Positions 10,676 through 20,249 are shown, numbered from the stretch's first letter. The stretch is 64,000 bases of DNA from Barthelona sp. PCE (GCA_040285745.1 JAUFOR010000008.1:1240001-1304000); one strand, 5' to 3'. Notes: a model not told the origin generated them from the letters alone. Numbers and translations: made by a program.

Positions 10676-11229
10676 TAGAAACAATAAAAATTATTCAAGA
10701 AAAGTTGAGGATCATTTTTCACTACATACACCAGATTTTAAGCATCTGCTACCCCCATACTCATCGTTCACTGCTGGTCCTGATCAGGAAGATCCTGCAA
10801 ATGATTTTGAACAGAGAATGGAAGAACGTACTTTATTTAATTCTTATACTGAAGTAGGTTTATTGACGTCGGGGAACGCTCACGTGGGAAGGCTCGCCTT
10901 CACGTGTAGAGGGTGTTTCGTCCGGGAAGTGGCCTAAAACCTTTTTTTTTTAAAACCGTATCGGGTCCTACGGACACCTACTACACATGACGGTTCGCTT
11001 CGTCCCCCTCCGCTGTTTACTACCTCAAGTATAAAGTCTGAAGGCTAGCGCCTGTATGTCACCATCACAATTTTTCGGTTTCCTATTTACTTATTTGTTC
11101 TATTTAGTAATTGAAATACTGCTATTTTCAGATGAATGGAATTCCAAACTATGGTAGCCCCGTATGCGGCACCATATCCGAACTTAGATCTCTGTTCCCG
11201 TTAACATGGACTTGACTGGAAGAAAATCA
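10676..11229. ncRNA. Candidate structured non-coding element, copy A (conserved flanks around a branched hairpin core at 10844-11034)
   Basis: Collinear similarity to 44666-45262 including a 31-nt identical block; no shared reading frame; self-complementary core. The repeat is directly visible, RNA function is inferred. Confidence 0.6.
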
Positions 11230-11259
11230 TTGGAATTGCATCTACTAAAATGTGTAAAT

Positions 11260-13437
11260 CTATATGACTGCTGTATTGTTCATCATTGCATGATAATTGG
11301 GCATATGATACTCAACGATGGACGCCTCTGCCATAAACGAAGGAAGGTGGAACCTTTCCACAGTGGGATTCGTTGATTCTGGGTCTTGCTCAACGTTGTA
11401 TGTTTTCAACACCATTGTCTTGGTTTCTTCTTCGTAAATAACTTCCTGAACAACGTTATTAGGCATATTTACGCTGTGAATATCGTTGCCAATATTTGGT
11501 AAAATAGTATTTGTAAAAAATCGCATTTCAATAACGCCATTAACAATGGATACCTTATTAATACCTTGATCTACTTGAATGTACGAATCACCTATGAAAT
11601 TAAAGAAACAGTTACCATCCACTTCATCAACATCTGAATATTTATATATCAAAACGGGTTCCAAAAAAATTCCTGTTGACCAATCTAAACAATGCATATA
11701 CTGTTCCTCACCATCATTATTGTATTTATATGTAACAAAGAGCTGGTGGTCAGCTGTATCTGTTAATGGATGATGACAGAAGACTACATTCGAAACATCA
11801 TCGCCATGATGAAAAGTGATGTGCTTTTGAACCTCAACATCATTATTATTGATCAGCAATTGTAAAAAATGTGTTGAATTAGTACAACTAACACACACAG
11901 AACTTCCAGTGACTGAAGGCTTGCAATCATTTATGTACTCATTTGGTGGAAGCTCCAAAACTTTTGTATTACCAAGATAACCTTGACAAACATTTTCATT
12001 ATACTCAATAAAAAATGGTAACCCAAGAACTAAGCTAACATAACTCAAAAAGCCATCATTTTCAAAAGGAGTTATTATTGGTTTTGATTCTGAGCCTTCC
12101 CAGTGTATTTTAACTATTTCTGGATCTGGTCTTGCATCACACTGTGCAATCATAAAGAAATGCTCTTCCTCAAATGGGTGCATCGATAGTTCTCTGTAAT
12201 TCTTTTCGAACATTAAACTATCGTTAGTCATAACGCTTTTATGTGTGACGATTCTTTTTTCTTTGAAGTAAAAGTAACACTGTCTTTTCATAGTGCTGTC
12301 TGTAAAATGTGCTGTACCATCATACATAACTCTGTGAGGCCAAAAATTTTGCAATCGAATCACCTCGTTATTGACATTTCTAAACTTTATAGGACCAAAA
12401 ACACCCGTTGCATTACAAGTTCCTAAAAACTGGCATTGTTCATTATGAAAAGAATTCGCCAAGTCAAGGTGTTTTATATTATCAAATTGAATATATTCAC
12501 TGCATAAATCACCAGTTGACGACTTAAGCTCCCCGTTTTCAATATGAACAACAGTACAAATAGAGCTATTATAGAAAAGCGCAGAAAATTCATCTTGTGT
12601 CAATGTGAACAAGGAAAAACAAGAACAGTAAGATATTTTCAACTCTACTAACTGTGGGAATCTTTCCAATAGGTCAACACGGTTTCGTTTACGGTCAAAA
12701 ATGATCAATTCTTCAAATCCTCTGCCAAATGAGGCAAAACAAACACATTCAGCATTGTCACATCCAATACAGCTTTGATTATGGACACCTTCTAGCTGTA
12801 CGATATCCGGCTCATGAGCCTCGTCCATATCATCTACGCAGAAATTGTAGTGGAATAACGAAAAACCATTTTCATAATTGCTCATTAATACATATTCAAT
12901 GGAACAATTGCTGTTGGTGGTGTAATGGTTGTATTCTCCAAGGCACCGGTACCGTTCTGTTAGAATATTGAGAATGTAACAATGAGTCGATTCTCCATTC
13001 TGGTGTTCTTCATCAACCTCTGCAATAGAAAAAAAAATGTGGTTCTCATCTAATGGAACAAATTCGCTCGATACATATTTTTGTAAATTATCCAAATCAT
13101 CAAAAGGGAAACGAATCTTTCTGTTTGTGTGTTCATCACTGTTAATTTCGTTGAAATACAGGATTTCAAGATCAGTTAATTGATTATTTTCGCTAAAATG
13201 CTGTTCAACGATCATATATCCTGCTCCAGCTTTTCGCTTGTAATAATACTGAAGTGATTCACACGTTTCTTCAACATATCCACAAAATTCTTCCCCATCA
13301 ACAGCATCAATGAGATTGTGTAAATGAGTGTCTTCTCTAGTTTTGACCATTCTAACACCCTGACCTTCAAAAATAATTTGCCCCTCGGGAAAGGCCCCGA
13401 TGATAAGGTCATCCTCGAATTTACGGATACGAGGCAT
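11260..13437 (-). CDS. Orphan AT-rich, beta-strand-like protein (725 aa)
   Basis: Long ATG-initiated ORF with no recognisable family motif. Confidence 0.85.
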   Translation of the reverse strand: MPRIRKFEDDLIIGAFPEGQIIFEGQGVRMVKTREDTHLHNLIDAVDGEEFCGYVEETCESLQYYYKRKAGAGYMIVEQHFSENNQLTDLEILYFNEINSDEHTNRKIRFPFDDLDNLQKYVSSEFVPLDENHIFFSIAEVDEEHQNGESTHCYILNILTERYRCLGEYNHYTTNSNCSIEYVLMSNYENGFSLFHYNFCVDDMDEAHEPDIVQLEGVHNQSCIGCDNAECVCFASFGRGFEELIIFDRKRNRVDLLERFPQLVELKISYCSCFSLFTLTQDEFSALFYNSSICTVVHIENGELKSSTGDLCSEYIQFDNIKHLDLANSFHNEQCQFLGTCNATGVFGPIKFRNVNNEVIRLQNFWPHRVMYDGTAHFTDSTMKRQCYFYFKEKRIVTHKSVMTNDSLMFEKNYRELSMHPFEEEHFFMIAQCDARPDPEIVKIHWEGSESKPIITPFENDGFLSYVSLVLGLPFFIEYNENVCQGYLGNTKVLELPPNEYINDCKPSVTGSSVCVSCTNSTHFLQLLINNNDVEVQKHITFHHGDDVSNVVFCHHPLTDTADHQLFVTYKYNNDGEEQYMHCLDWSTGIFLEPVLIYKYSDVDEVDGNCFFNFIGDSYIQVDQGINKVSIVNGVIEMRFFTNTILPNIGNDIHSVNMPNNVVQEVIYEEETKTMVLKTYNVEQDPESTNPTVERFHLPSFMAEASIVEYHMPNYHAMMNNTAVI

Positions 13438-13764
13438 ATAAAAGTAGTTTGCCGTGATGAAACAAGTGTAAAAAGAGATAGCATAGATTTGAGTTGATTG
13501 TATGGCATATTTCTAAAATGTTCAATTTTATGACAAATGAGAATCGTTTAGAAAGCCGTTGCAAATGTTTACTTTTTTGTACTCTCATCAATAAACTATA
13601 AATTTTTCTCTTTGCAATTTATTCCTTTTTGTCGTTTAAATATTAATAATTATTCGGTTAAATGCTCTTTTAACGCCTATCTAATGGAAATGTGGCTTGA
13701 TTTTTTTTTTTGCTAGCAAAAATGGTAATTAAATGTTTCATTCAAGAAAATTGAATTTTTTTGA

Positions 13765-15994
13765 TTGAATTGCCTGCTTTACATATTGCACCGTCATTTG
13801 CCACCTAGAGCTGTTGTGGTGGCAACACGCCATATTACAGCTTCAAAGCCACTGAAAACACGACTAAGAACACACAATCATCGAGAAAAAGGATCTCGGC
13901 GCACATTGTCAAAACGAATATTTCCTTCGCATTGTAGCCTGGATATGACATTTACACCTCAGCTAGGGTTGACAACACACGATTATACGAACCAAAAAAT
14001 TTATCCTCACCATAGACAGGCAGAAGCGTGCAAAAAACAGCAAGGGTAGGATAAGATCAGTCAACCACACGCACAGAAGCATTAGATTTTACAATATTCG
14101 GAAAAAAAGAGAGCTTTCTTCATAAGACTACGATATGACCCTGGAACATGAATCAACACTATCGCTGCATCAAGTACGCGACACAGCACAACTTTAAAAA
14201 AGAAGGGTTCGCAAAAGGGTAAAAAAAGTTTTTTTAACCTCATTCTTAGCAACTTATCTTCTCTTTTAAGAATTTTTGTTGGCATCTATAGATATTTTTG
14301 TATATTTTACGGCTGAGCAAGGTACATACGAAGATGTACACGTGGGTTAACGTTTTTTACCCAATTTGCAGGGGACCACCTGCCATGAATATATACTTTC
14401 TACAAGTATTATGCTTTTTGTTTTATTACTTCATTCGTATGTTGTGTGCTCCTCAACCTGAAAAACTCACATTTAGTAACTTTATGCATTACCATCCAAC
14501 TACCATTACTCCCATGGACTCCAAGCTTTACAACGCCCGTTCTATCGTCGCTTTCGGCGCTCAAGTCGGTGACGAGGGCAAGGGAAAGTTCGTTGACCTT
14601 CTTTCATCCATGGGTCGTTCACCTTCCAAGAAGGGTTCATCTTACGACATCACTACTCATGTCAAATATTCCGTTCGTGCTAACGGTGGTCACAACGCAG
14701 GCCACGTAATCAAGATCATGAAGGGAGACGAGCTTATCTCATTCGACGTTCACCTACTTCCCTCAACAATTTTCCATGACGATATCATCTCTGTTATGGG
14801 TGCAGGAATGGCTATCTACATGCCTCAGCTCGTAAAGGAGCTCGAGCGTGCCCGCAACGAGCTGGGTATTGAGCGTACTCCCGAGCAGCTCAAGATCTCT
14901 TCTCGTGCTCACATCATCATGCCTTGGCACATCACTGAGGACTGCATTAACGAGGCTAGCCGTACAGGTAAGAACAAGATCGGTACAACCAAGTCCGGTA
15001 TCGGCCCCGCATACGCTGACAAGTGCGCCCGTTCCCGTGCCATGCGTATGGGTGATCTTTGTATGCCTGTTGCTGACATACAGGAGAAGATCTTCCGTGT
15101 TTGTCGCTACAAGAACGTCGTCCTTGGCGCTCTTGCTGCCGAGCACAAGATCGAGTTCGAACCTTTCGACCCTCAGCAGGTTTTCGACAAGTTCATGGAA
15201 CTCAGATCATACGTCATGCCCTATGTCTTCGAAGGCGCTGAGGCCATGCTCCGTGAAGCCAGTAACCGCGGTGACTCCATCCTCGTCGAGCTCGCCAATG
15301 GTTTCTTTCTCGACATTGATTGGTCCACATCTCCCTACTGCACATCATCACACACAACGACTCTTGGTATTCCCCAGAGCACAGGTCTTCTTCCCAACTC
15401 ACTCGACGTCATCCTCGGCGTAAGCAAGGTATACTCTGTTCGTGTTGGTGCAGGCCCTCTTGTTGGAGAATCAGAGATTGAATCCGAGACCGCTGATGCA
15501 ATTCGTGTTGTTGGAAACGAGTTCGGTACAACCACAGGTCGTCCCAGACGTTGTACATGGCTCGATCTTGTTGCCCTCAAGCACTCACTCACAACTTCCG
15601 GCGCCAATATCTGTGCGCTAACGATGCTAGATGTCCTCAGTCAGTTCAAGGAGATCAAGATTTGCACAGCATACGAGCTTCCTGATGGCACAATTCTGGA
15701 CCACGTTCCTTTTTCGGCTCAACAGCAATTTGATGCCAAGCCTATTTACACAACTATGCCCGGCCCTGGAGAGGTTGCCGATGTAAGGCAGTACGATCTG
15801 CTCCCCCAATCTGCCAAGGATATCGTTGAGTTCATCGAAGAGTTTACTGGCGTGCCGGTACACTTCGTATCAGTTGGCCCTGAGCGTGAAGCGTTCATGA
15901 CTAAGCCTCTGCCCCTTGACTTCCTCGCCAACTAGGCCCCTGTACATCTCGACCTTTACCCCTGCCTGCTATACCTCAGTAAAAGAAAAACAAT
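13765..15994. repeat. Right arm of the ~2.23-kb inverted duplication
   Basis: Reverse complement of 8375-10604 with at least three substitutions (14017, 14021, 14182). Confidence 0.97.
14514..15935 (+). CDS. purA: Adenylosuccinate synthetase, copy 2
   Basis: Translation identical to copy 1. Confidence 0.95.
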   Translation: MDSKLYNARSIVAFGAQVGDEGKGKFVDLLSSMGRSPSKKGSSYDITTHVKYSVRANGGHNAGHVIKIMKGDELISFDVHLLPSTIFHDDIISVMGAGMAIYMPQLVKELERARNELGIERTPEQLKISSRAHIIMPWHITEDCINEASRTGKNKIGTTKSGIGPAYADKCARSRAMRMGDLCMPVADIQEKIFRVCRYKNVVLGALAAEHKIEFEPFDPQQVFDKFMELRSYVMPYVFEGAEAMLREASNRGDSILVELANGFFLDIDWSTSPYCTSSHTTTLGIPQSTGLLPNSLDVILGVSKVYSVRVGAGPLVGESEIESETADAIRVVGNEFGTTTGRPRRCTWLDLVALKHSLTTSGANICALTMLDVLSQFKEIKICTAYELPDGTILDHVPFSAQQQFDAKPIYTTMPGPGEVADVRQYDLLPQSAKDIVEFIEEFTGVPVHFVSVGPEREAFMTKPLPLDFLAN

Positions 15995-16157
15995 TTTGTT
16001 TCGCCTCTCCTCTCTTCATTGCTTATGTGCACGTATTATAGGGTGCACATATCTTGGCCTCAACTGTTTTTGAGAATACTCAGTTGATTGTAGTAAACTT
16101 GGATTTTGGGAATTACTCCTTTTCAACAACTTTCAACAACTTACTTTGTGTATAGAA

Positions 16158-16862
16158 ATGACTGAATCAAAAGCGTTTGGGTACGTGAACAATTTACAGA
16201 AGAGAATAGAGAACTTGGAGAAGAAACTCTTAAAGATTGAGTCAAACTCTTCTAAACCTCGCAGCCAACTGAATGCGGATCAAATCCAACAGATTGATGA
16301 CAAGCCAAGCATTGAAAGCAACAAAGCATTAATGGAACGCTTGTTTGTTAAAGCTAAAACTTTTGCCATTGCTGCTCAGGAGCAAATGGATCTATGTATT
16401 AAGGAGGAGCGCGAAATTGCAGCTGCTCAAGTGGAGGAAGCAATTGAAAACACTCATAATGAGGAGGCTGAAGATTTCCTCACTTTTGCTCAAATGATCA
16501 CTTTTGTACGGTTCTTGGAGAGTAATCCTGATCTTATTGGACTTCTTGAACGTGAACGTGAGATTTGGGGTATGCACGGTAGAGAGGTTCCTGATGTTAC
16601 TCCTCTTTATGATTTATCATTACTGCTTGGTTTACTTGATGGAGGCACTGAAGAAATAGCCAAATGTTACAGTGAATTGATTGCTTTTGCTAAAAACAAC
16701 AATGAGCTTATTATTTATGTCGAAACATCATCCATTGTGACTGAAGGTGTTCTTCCTGATGAACCAGAGCCAGAACCAGAACCGGAACCGGAAAGCAGAG
16801 TTAAATTCGGCACAATTCAAGGGGAAATGACTCTTCCAGAGATCACGTTTGGATTCAATTAG
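16158..16862 (+). CDS. Hypothetical protein with a Caprin-like N-terminal coiled coil and an (EP)n tract
   Basis: KRIENLEKKLLKIE…LNADQIQQI resembles the Caprin HR1 start; first ATG at 16158. Confidence 0.55.
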   Translation: MTESKAFGYVNNLQKRIENLEKKLLKIESNSSKPRSQLNADQIQQIDDKPSIESNKALMERLFVKAKTFAIAAQEQMDLCIKEEREIAAAQVEEAIENTHNEEAEDFLTFAQMITFVRFLESNPDLIGLLEREREIWGMHGREVPDVTPLYDLSLLLGLLDGGTEEIAKCYSELIAFAKNNNELIIYVETSSIVTEGVLPDEPEPEPEPEPESRVKFGTIQGEMTLPEITFGFN

Positions 16863-16877
16863 AAGTAAATGCAGACA

Positions 16878-18554
16878 CTATTTGTGGATGATGATTTGCG
16901 TACCATCAATCTGTTCCAGTCTTAGATGACGCTCGTTAGCAACAATGAGAAGATTGATAAGCGCATTCGCATGCGAACAGTGAGGTACAATTCTTTGGAT
17001 TTTCTTTGTGAGCGATGAGAAGCTGTCTGGCTCCTCCCCCTTCTCATCTAACTGGACGTTGATGGCCCCCTTCACTGCTACAGGATCACAGAGGATGACT
17101 TGACCTACCATTGTTCGTTTCCTCCTCGAAATCTCCTCTTCTTCACCGTTCTCATAATCAGCTATGTCTGGCACAATGTCCATTCCTACGTCCATGTCCG
17201 GGATGTCCGGTAGATCGTACTGATCAGGAACACCGAATGCAACGTCAAAACTTTCAGGGATTGTGTACTCCTCTTCTTCTTTCCCTTTAGTTGTTGTACG
17301 GTCAGCGTGCCAGTGTAAGCTGACACCGTTGGTGTTTTTCCTGAAATTGTTAACTGAAATCCGAAGGTTTCTTGTAAAGTGGCTTGACACGTCTATTTTT
17401 TTAACCTTCTTAAGCTTCTTACGGAACAGTTTCTTCTTCTTCTTATCCTCGCATTCATACTCACATAACTCTAATACAGTATCAAGGTTAAAGGATAAAC
17501 TTAATTTTTCTTTCTTCTTCGTCTCCTTCTTGCTTCTCTTTGTTTTAACTGTATCAATTGCACCTCTCCTCCGCTTCTTATTCTTGGAATGGACCCAAGA
17601 TGTGAGACCAGCCCAATTCGATGATTGGAAGTTTGGATCGTAATACTCATTAGTATCTAGCTCAAGAATCGAGCTTAGACCCTCAACAAATCTCTTTTTC
17701 TCTATAACCCTGTGTAGGCCATCTGAGTTTGAATCAACAGTATCCGCAGACCGCTGCAAGTTTGTGTATGCTTGAGTTTCGAGCAAAGGAATATCTGTGC
17801 ATTCTTGAGGAACCGTAACTTCCATATCTATTAAGTCGTCCATATCAGGCATGTCAGGAAGGTCAGGAATGCCAATATCTTCGTTTTCACATACTACAGG
17901 CATCTCACCTACATTTTCTTCAACTTCCTCTTTTACCTTTTCTTCTTCAATGTGAACGCTGGGCTCCTCATTTATCGTCTCGAATGATAAGCCCTGCAAC
18001 TTTGTACGCATGCGTTGCTTAACAGCGGCATCTCTAACGCTTCTTGCTTGATTTAGATCAAAAATCGGTTTTGAATCTTCAAACAGAAGCTTAGCACTCA
18101 GTAGACCCCCTGATGCTGTTTGATCGAGACGTTGTGCCAATCTTGAGTAATAGGGGTCACAAACACGAAGCTCCATTAATGTTTGTTCCATTGTCAAGAT
18201 ACATTTGTTTGTGTCTAAATTGCGCACAGATGTATTCTTCTTTTTTCGAGATTTCTTAGCCTTTTCCTTTGATTTCTCACCAGAATCATCTTCCTCATCA
18301 TCTTCCTCGTCCACTTCCGTGCTACAATATAGTTTAGATTGAAGTGCACTCGCCTCTTTAAGGAGGGAGTCAATTTTCTTTGAATAAACACTTGAAAATA
18401 TCTCAATCGCGGCCCCAGCAATGCCAAAATTCATTTTTGCATCTTCTTCTGCAAATTCTATGAGCTCATTAGCTTTACGAAGAAACAGCGTTTGCTCCTC
18501 TTGAGATTTGAGCTTCTCCTCAATTCCACGTCGAAAAAGGGTTGCAAAATCCAT
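16878..18554 (-). CDS. Condensin kleisin subunit (CAP-H/CAP-H2 family)
   Basis: MNFGIAGAAIEIFSSVYSKKIDSL, DPYYSRLAQRLDQTASGGLL and C-terminal ALINLLIVANERHLRLEQ kleisin motifs. Confidence 0.75.
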   Translation of the reverse strand: MDFATLFRRGIEEKLKSQEEQTLFLRKANELIEFAEEDAKMNFGIAGAAIEIFSSVYSKKIDSLLKEASALQSKLYCSTEVDEEDDEEDDSGEKSKEKAKKSRKKKNTSVRNLDTNKCILTMEQTLMELRVCDPYYSRLAQRLDQTASGGLLSAKLLFEDSKPIFDLNQARSVRDAAVKQRMRTKLQGLSFETINEEPSVHIEEEKVKEEVEENVGEMPVVCENEDIGIPDLPDMPDMDDLIDMEVTVPQECTDIPLLETQAYTNLQRSADTVDSNSDGLHRVIEKKRFVEGLSSILELDTNEYYDPNFQSSNWAGLTSWVHSKNKKRRRGAIDTVKTKRSKKETKKKEKLSLSFNLDTVLELCEYECEDKKKKKLFRKKLKKVKKIDVSSHFTRNLRISVNNFRKNTNGVSLHWHADRTTTKGKEEEEYTIPESFDVAFGVPDQYDLPDIPDMDVGMDIVPDIADYENGEEEEISRRKRTMVGQVILCDPVAVKGAINVQLDEKGEEPDSFSSLTKKIQRIVPHCSHANALINLLIVANERHLRLEQIDGTQIIIHK

Positions 18555-18613
18555 GATAAGGGATGTAGATAATAGAACGCTTGTTTTTGTTTTACTTCCT
18601 TAATCATAAAGTT

Positions 18614-19456
18614 ATGGGCAAGGTGGTTGTTATTGGAAAGTATGCCGGAGAATTATTGGGTTTAGAACCAGTAGAAACTATTGAAGAGCTATGTTCTGAT
18701 TTATTTCGCAAGCACGGGGATGCAACACACATCCTTATGTCACAGGACGTGCACAGAAACTTGCAGATTTGTGCCTTATTGATGTACAGCAGAGTCTTTG
18801 TTTTTTGCACCAATGAAAGTGATCTTGACATACTTCAGTCGCTGGAAATGAGCGTATCTGATGTTAGTTGGGGCGAATACGAGTCACAACAGTATTTATA
18901 TTATATGCAGACAGAAAACCACCAAACTTTTTGTTCACCACCGGTTGTTCGAGTTGCAAGCATCCTCAATCGCAACTTACCAGAGCGGAGGCGTGCAATT
19001 TTCGGCACAACAAACGTAGAGTCGCTTTGGAACGATATCGACTTACATTTTCCTGATGTTTCTTGCAGGATAGTTGGAAATGCCGTCATAAACGATGGAA
19101 GTATTAGGGCAGAGGTCGACGAGCTCCCTAAGGAGCGCCAGATAGGCTTCCTGAAGAAGAAAGACATCCAGCTGTTTTCTAAGCTTAAGCTCTTGATGAA
19201 ATTTGTCGATGATATTAATGTTGAAGACATGCCAATTATTAATGGTTGGACAGGTTGGTTTCACAGCTACCCTTACCGTTGTCGAGTTACAATAACCGAC
19301 ATCGAAGAGGCTCAAGGATCTTTTCATTTTATTACTGTGTTCATGGAAGAAAAGTGCTATGTAGAGACGTTTCGCGAACACTCTACAAGCAACGTGGTGG
19401 CCCTGTCAGGAAAAAGCAGCGTCTGCAACGGGATTATTCTTGAAAAACAGATGTAA
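18614..19456 (+). CDS. Protein with an eEF1A/eRF3/HBS1-like C-terminal beta-barrel region but no intact GTPase motifs
   Basis: PIINGWTGWFHS…CRVTITDI…EEKCYVETFREH…VCNGII parallels translational GTPase domain III. Confidence 0.5.
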   Translation: MGKVVVIGKYAGELLGLEPVETIEELCSDLFRKHGDATHILMSQDVHRNLQICALLMYSRVFVFCTNESDLDILQSLEMSVSDVSWGEYESQQYLYYMQTENHQTFCSPPVVRVASILNRNLPERRRAIFGTTNVESLWNDIDLHFPDVSCRIVGNAVINDGSIRAEVDELPKERQIGFLKKKDIQLFSKLKLLMKFVDDINVEDMPIINGWTGWFHSYPYRCRVTITDIEEAQGSFHFITVFMEEKCYVETFREHSTSNVVALSGKSSVCNGIILEKQM

Positions 19457-19469
19457 TTTTCTTATATTA

Positions 19470-20249
19470 TCAATTATCAATTTTCGGTAAATCAATAACC
19501 AGTACTGGATAGCTGAATTTCGCAACAGCAGCTTCCATATTAACGTTTTTCATGTTGAAATTTGGTATTTCTTTGAATTTAATGTATAACTTAACAAAGT
19601 TACTCTCGGAGACCATTCTTAACCGATTATCTTGTGCAAGACCGTTCTCATTCCTTAACTTCTCTCCATAATCAAGCATGGTCTCAAGAAAAACGCCATC
19701 GCTGTTAATCCGTAAAGTGTCAATGTAACTAGTAAAAATCACAGTTGTGATTCTGAAAGAACTAGAATTTTCAACAATACAATATTGAAGAGGTTTATCA
19801 GGGTCAGTTATCTTTGCACTGAACGTTTCTTTTGTCCCCTCCTCTTCTAATGTTGGGAAAACACCCAAAACATTACACTCGTGTATTAAAGGTAGCAGTT
19901 CATTACGGTACTGTTCAATATTTTCTGGACTATCATATCCGCTCTTAAAGGCTATTCCCGAGTATTCTCGTCTTCCTGGTGAAAAAGTCCTCCGGTTTGA
20001 TAAGACTTTTTTCATACATTTGAATAATGTACTTCCTGCAAATCTGCACTCAATTGGAACCATTTCCTGATAGAATTTGTTGAATTGACCTCTTTCAATT
20101 GACTCATTCTTCCGTACACAAATAAATTGAAGAAAAAAAAGTTTGTTGATCTGTTCTTTTGATTTTGTAAGCTGACTAACTGGCGTCTGAATTAGACTTT
20201 CTGATCGTTTCCCCTTCTTGCGTCTTGGTGTACAACCGTGTGGAACCAT
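19470..20249 (-). CDS. Hypothetical protein, possible RFX-type winged-helix domain
   Basis: SIERGQFNKFY…STLFKCMKKVL…REYSGIAFK pattern and a basic N-terminus. Confidence 0.45.
   Translation of the reverse strand: MVPHGCTPRRKKGKRSESLIQTPVSQLTKSKEQINKLFFLQFICVRKNESIERGQFNKFYQEMVPIECRFAGSTLFKCMKKVLSNRRTFSPGRREYSGIAFKSGYDSPENIEQYRNELLPLIHECNVLGVFPTLEEEGTKETFSAKITDPDKPLQYCIVENSSSFRITTVIFTSYIDTLRINSDGVFLETMLDYGEKLRNENGLAQDNRLRMVSESNFVKLYIKFKEIPNFNMKNVNMEAAVAKFSYPVLVIDLPKIDN

Noticed and set aside
10645-10857. 70-aa ORF here, and the 60-aa ORF at 44899-45081, as protein-coding genes
   Set aside because: Frames are not conserved between the two homologous elements; indels are not multiples of three
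11155-11195. Group II intron domain V (AGCCCCGTATGCG) or a U6 ACAGAG box on the minus strand
   Set aside because: The domain V hairpin and AGC triad context are missing, and the AGC is not kept in copy B
13765-14285. Short ORFs in the duplicated purA upstream region
   Set aside because: No recognisable motifs, and one differs by a stop codon between the arms
14298-14513. 72-aa N-terminal extension of PurA in the ORF track, and similar extensions on RRP12, CCDC113 and others
   Set aside because: They start at non-ATG codons in AT-rich upstream DNA; conserved sequence begins at downstream ATGs
14514-15935. PurZ (2-aminoadenine pathway) instead of PurA
   Set aside because: The PurA-type Asp in GDEGKGK is retained (PurZ has Ser there) and no phage-type partner genes are nearby
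8375-15994. Composite transposon or Maverick/Polinton-like element with long terminal inverted repeats
   Set aside because: The arms encode a metabolic enzyme; no transposase, integrase, polymerase or target-site duplication is seen
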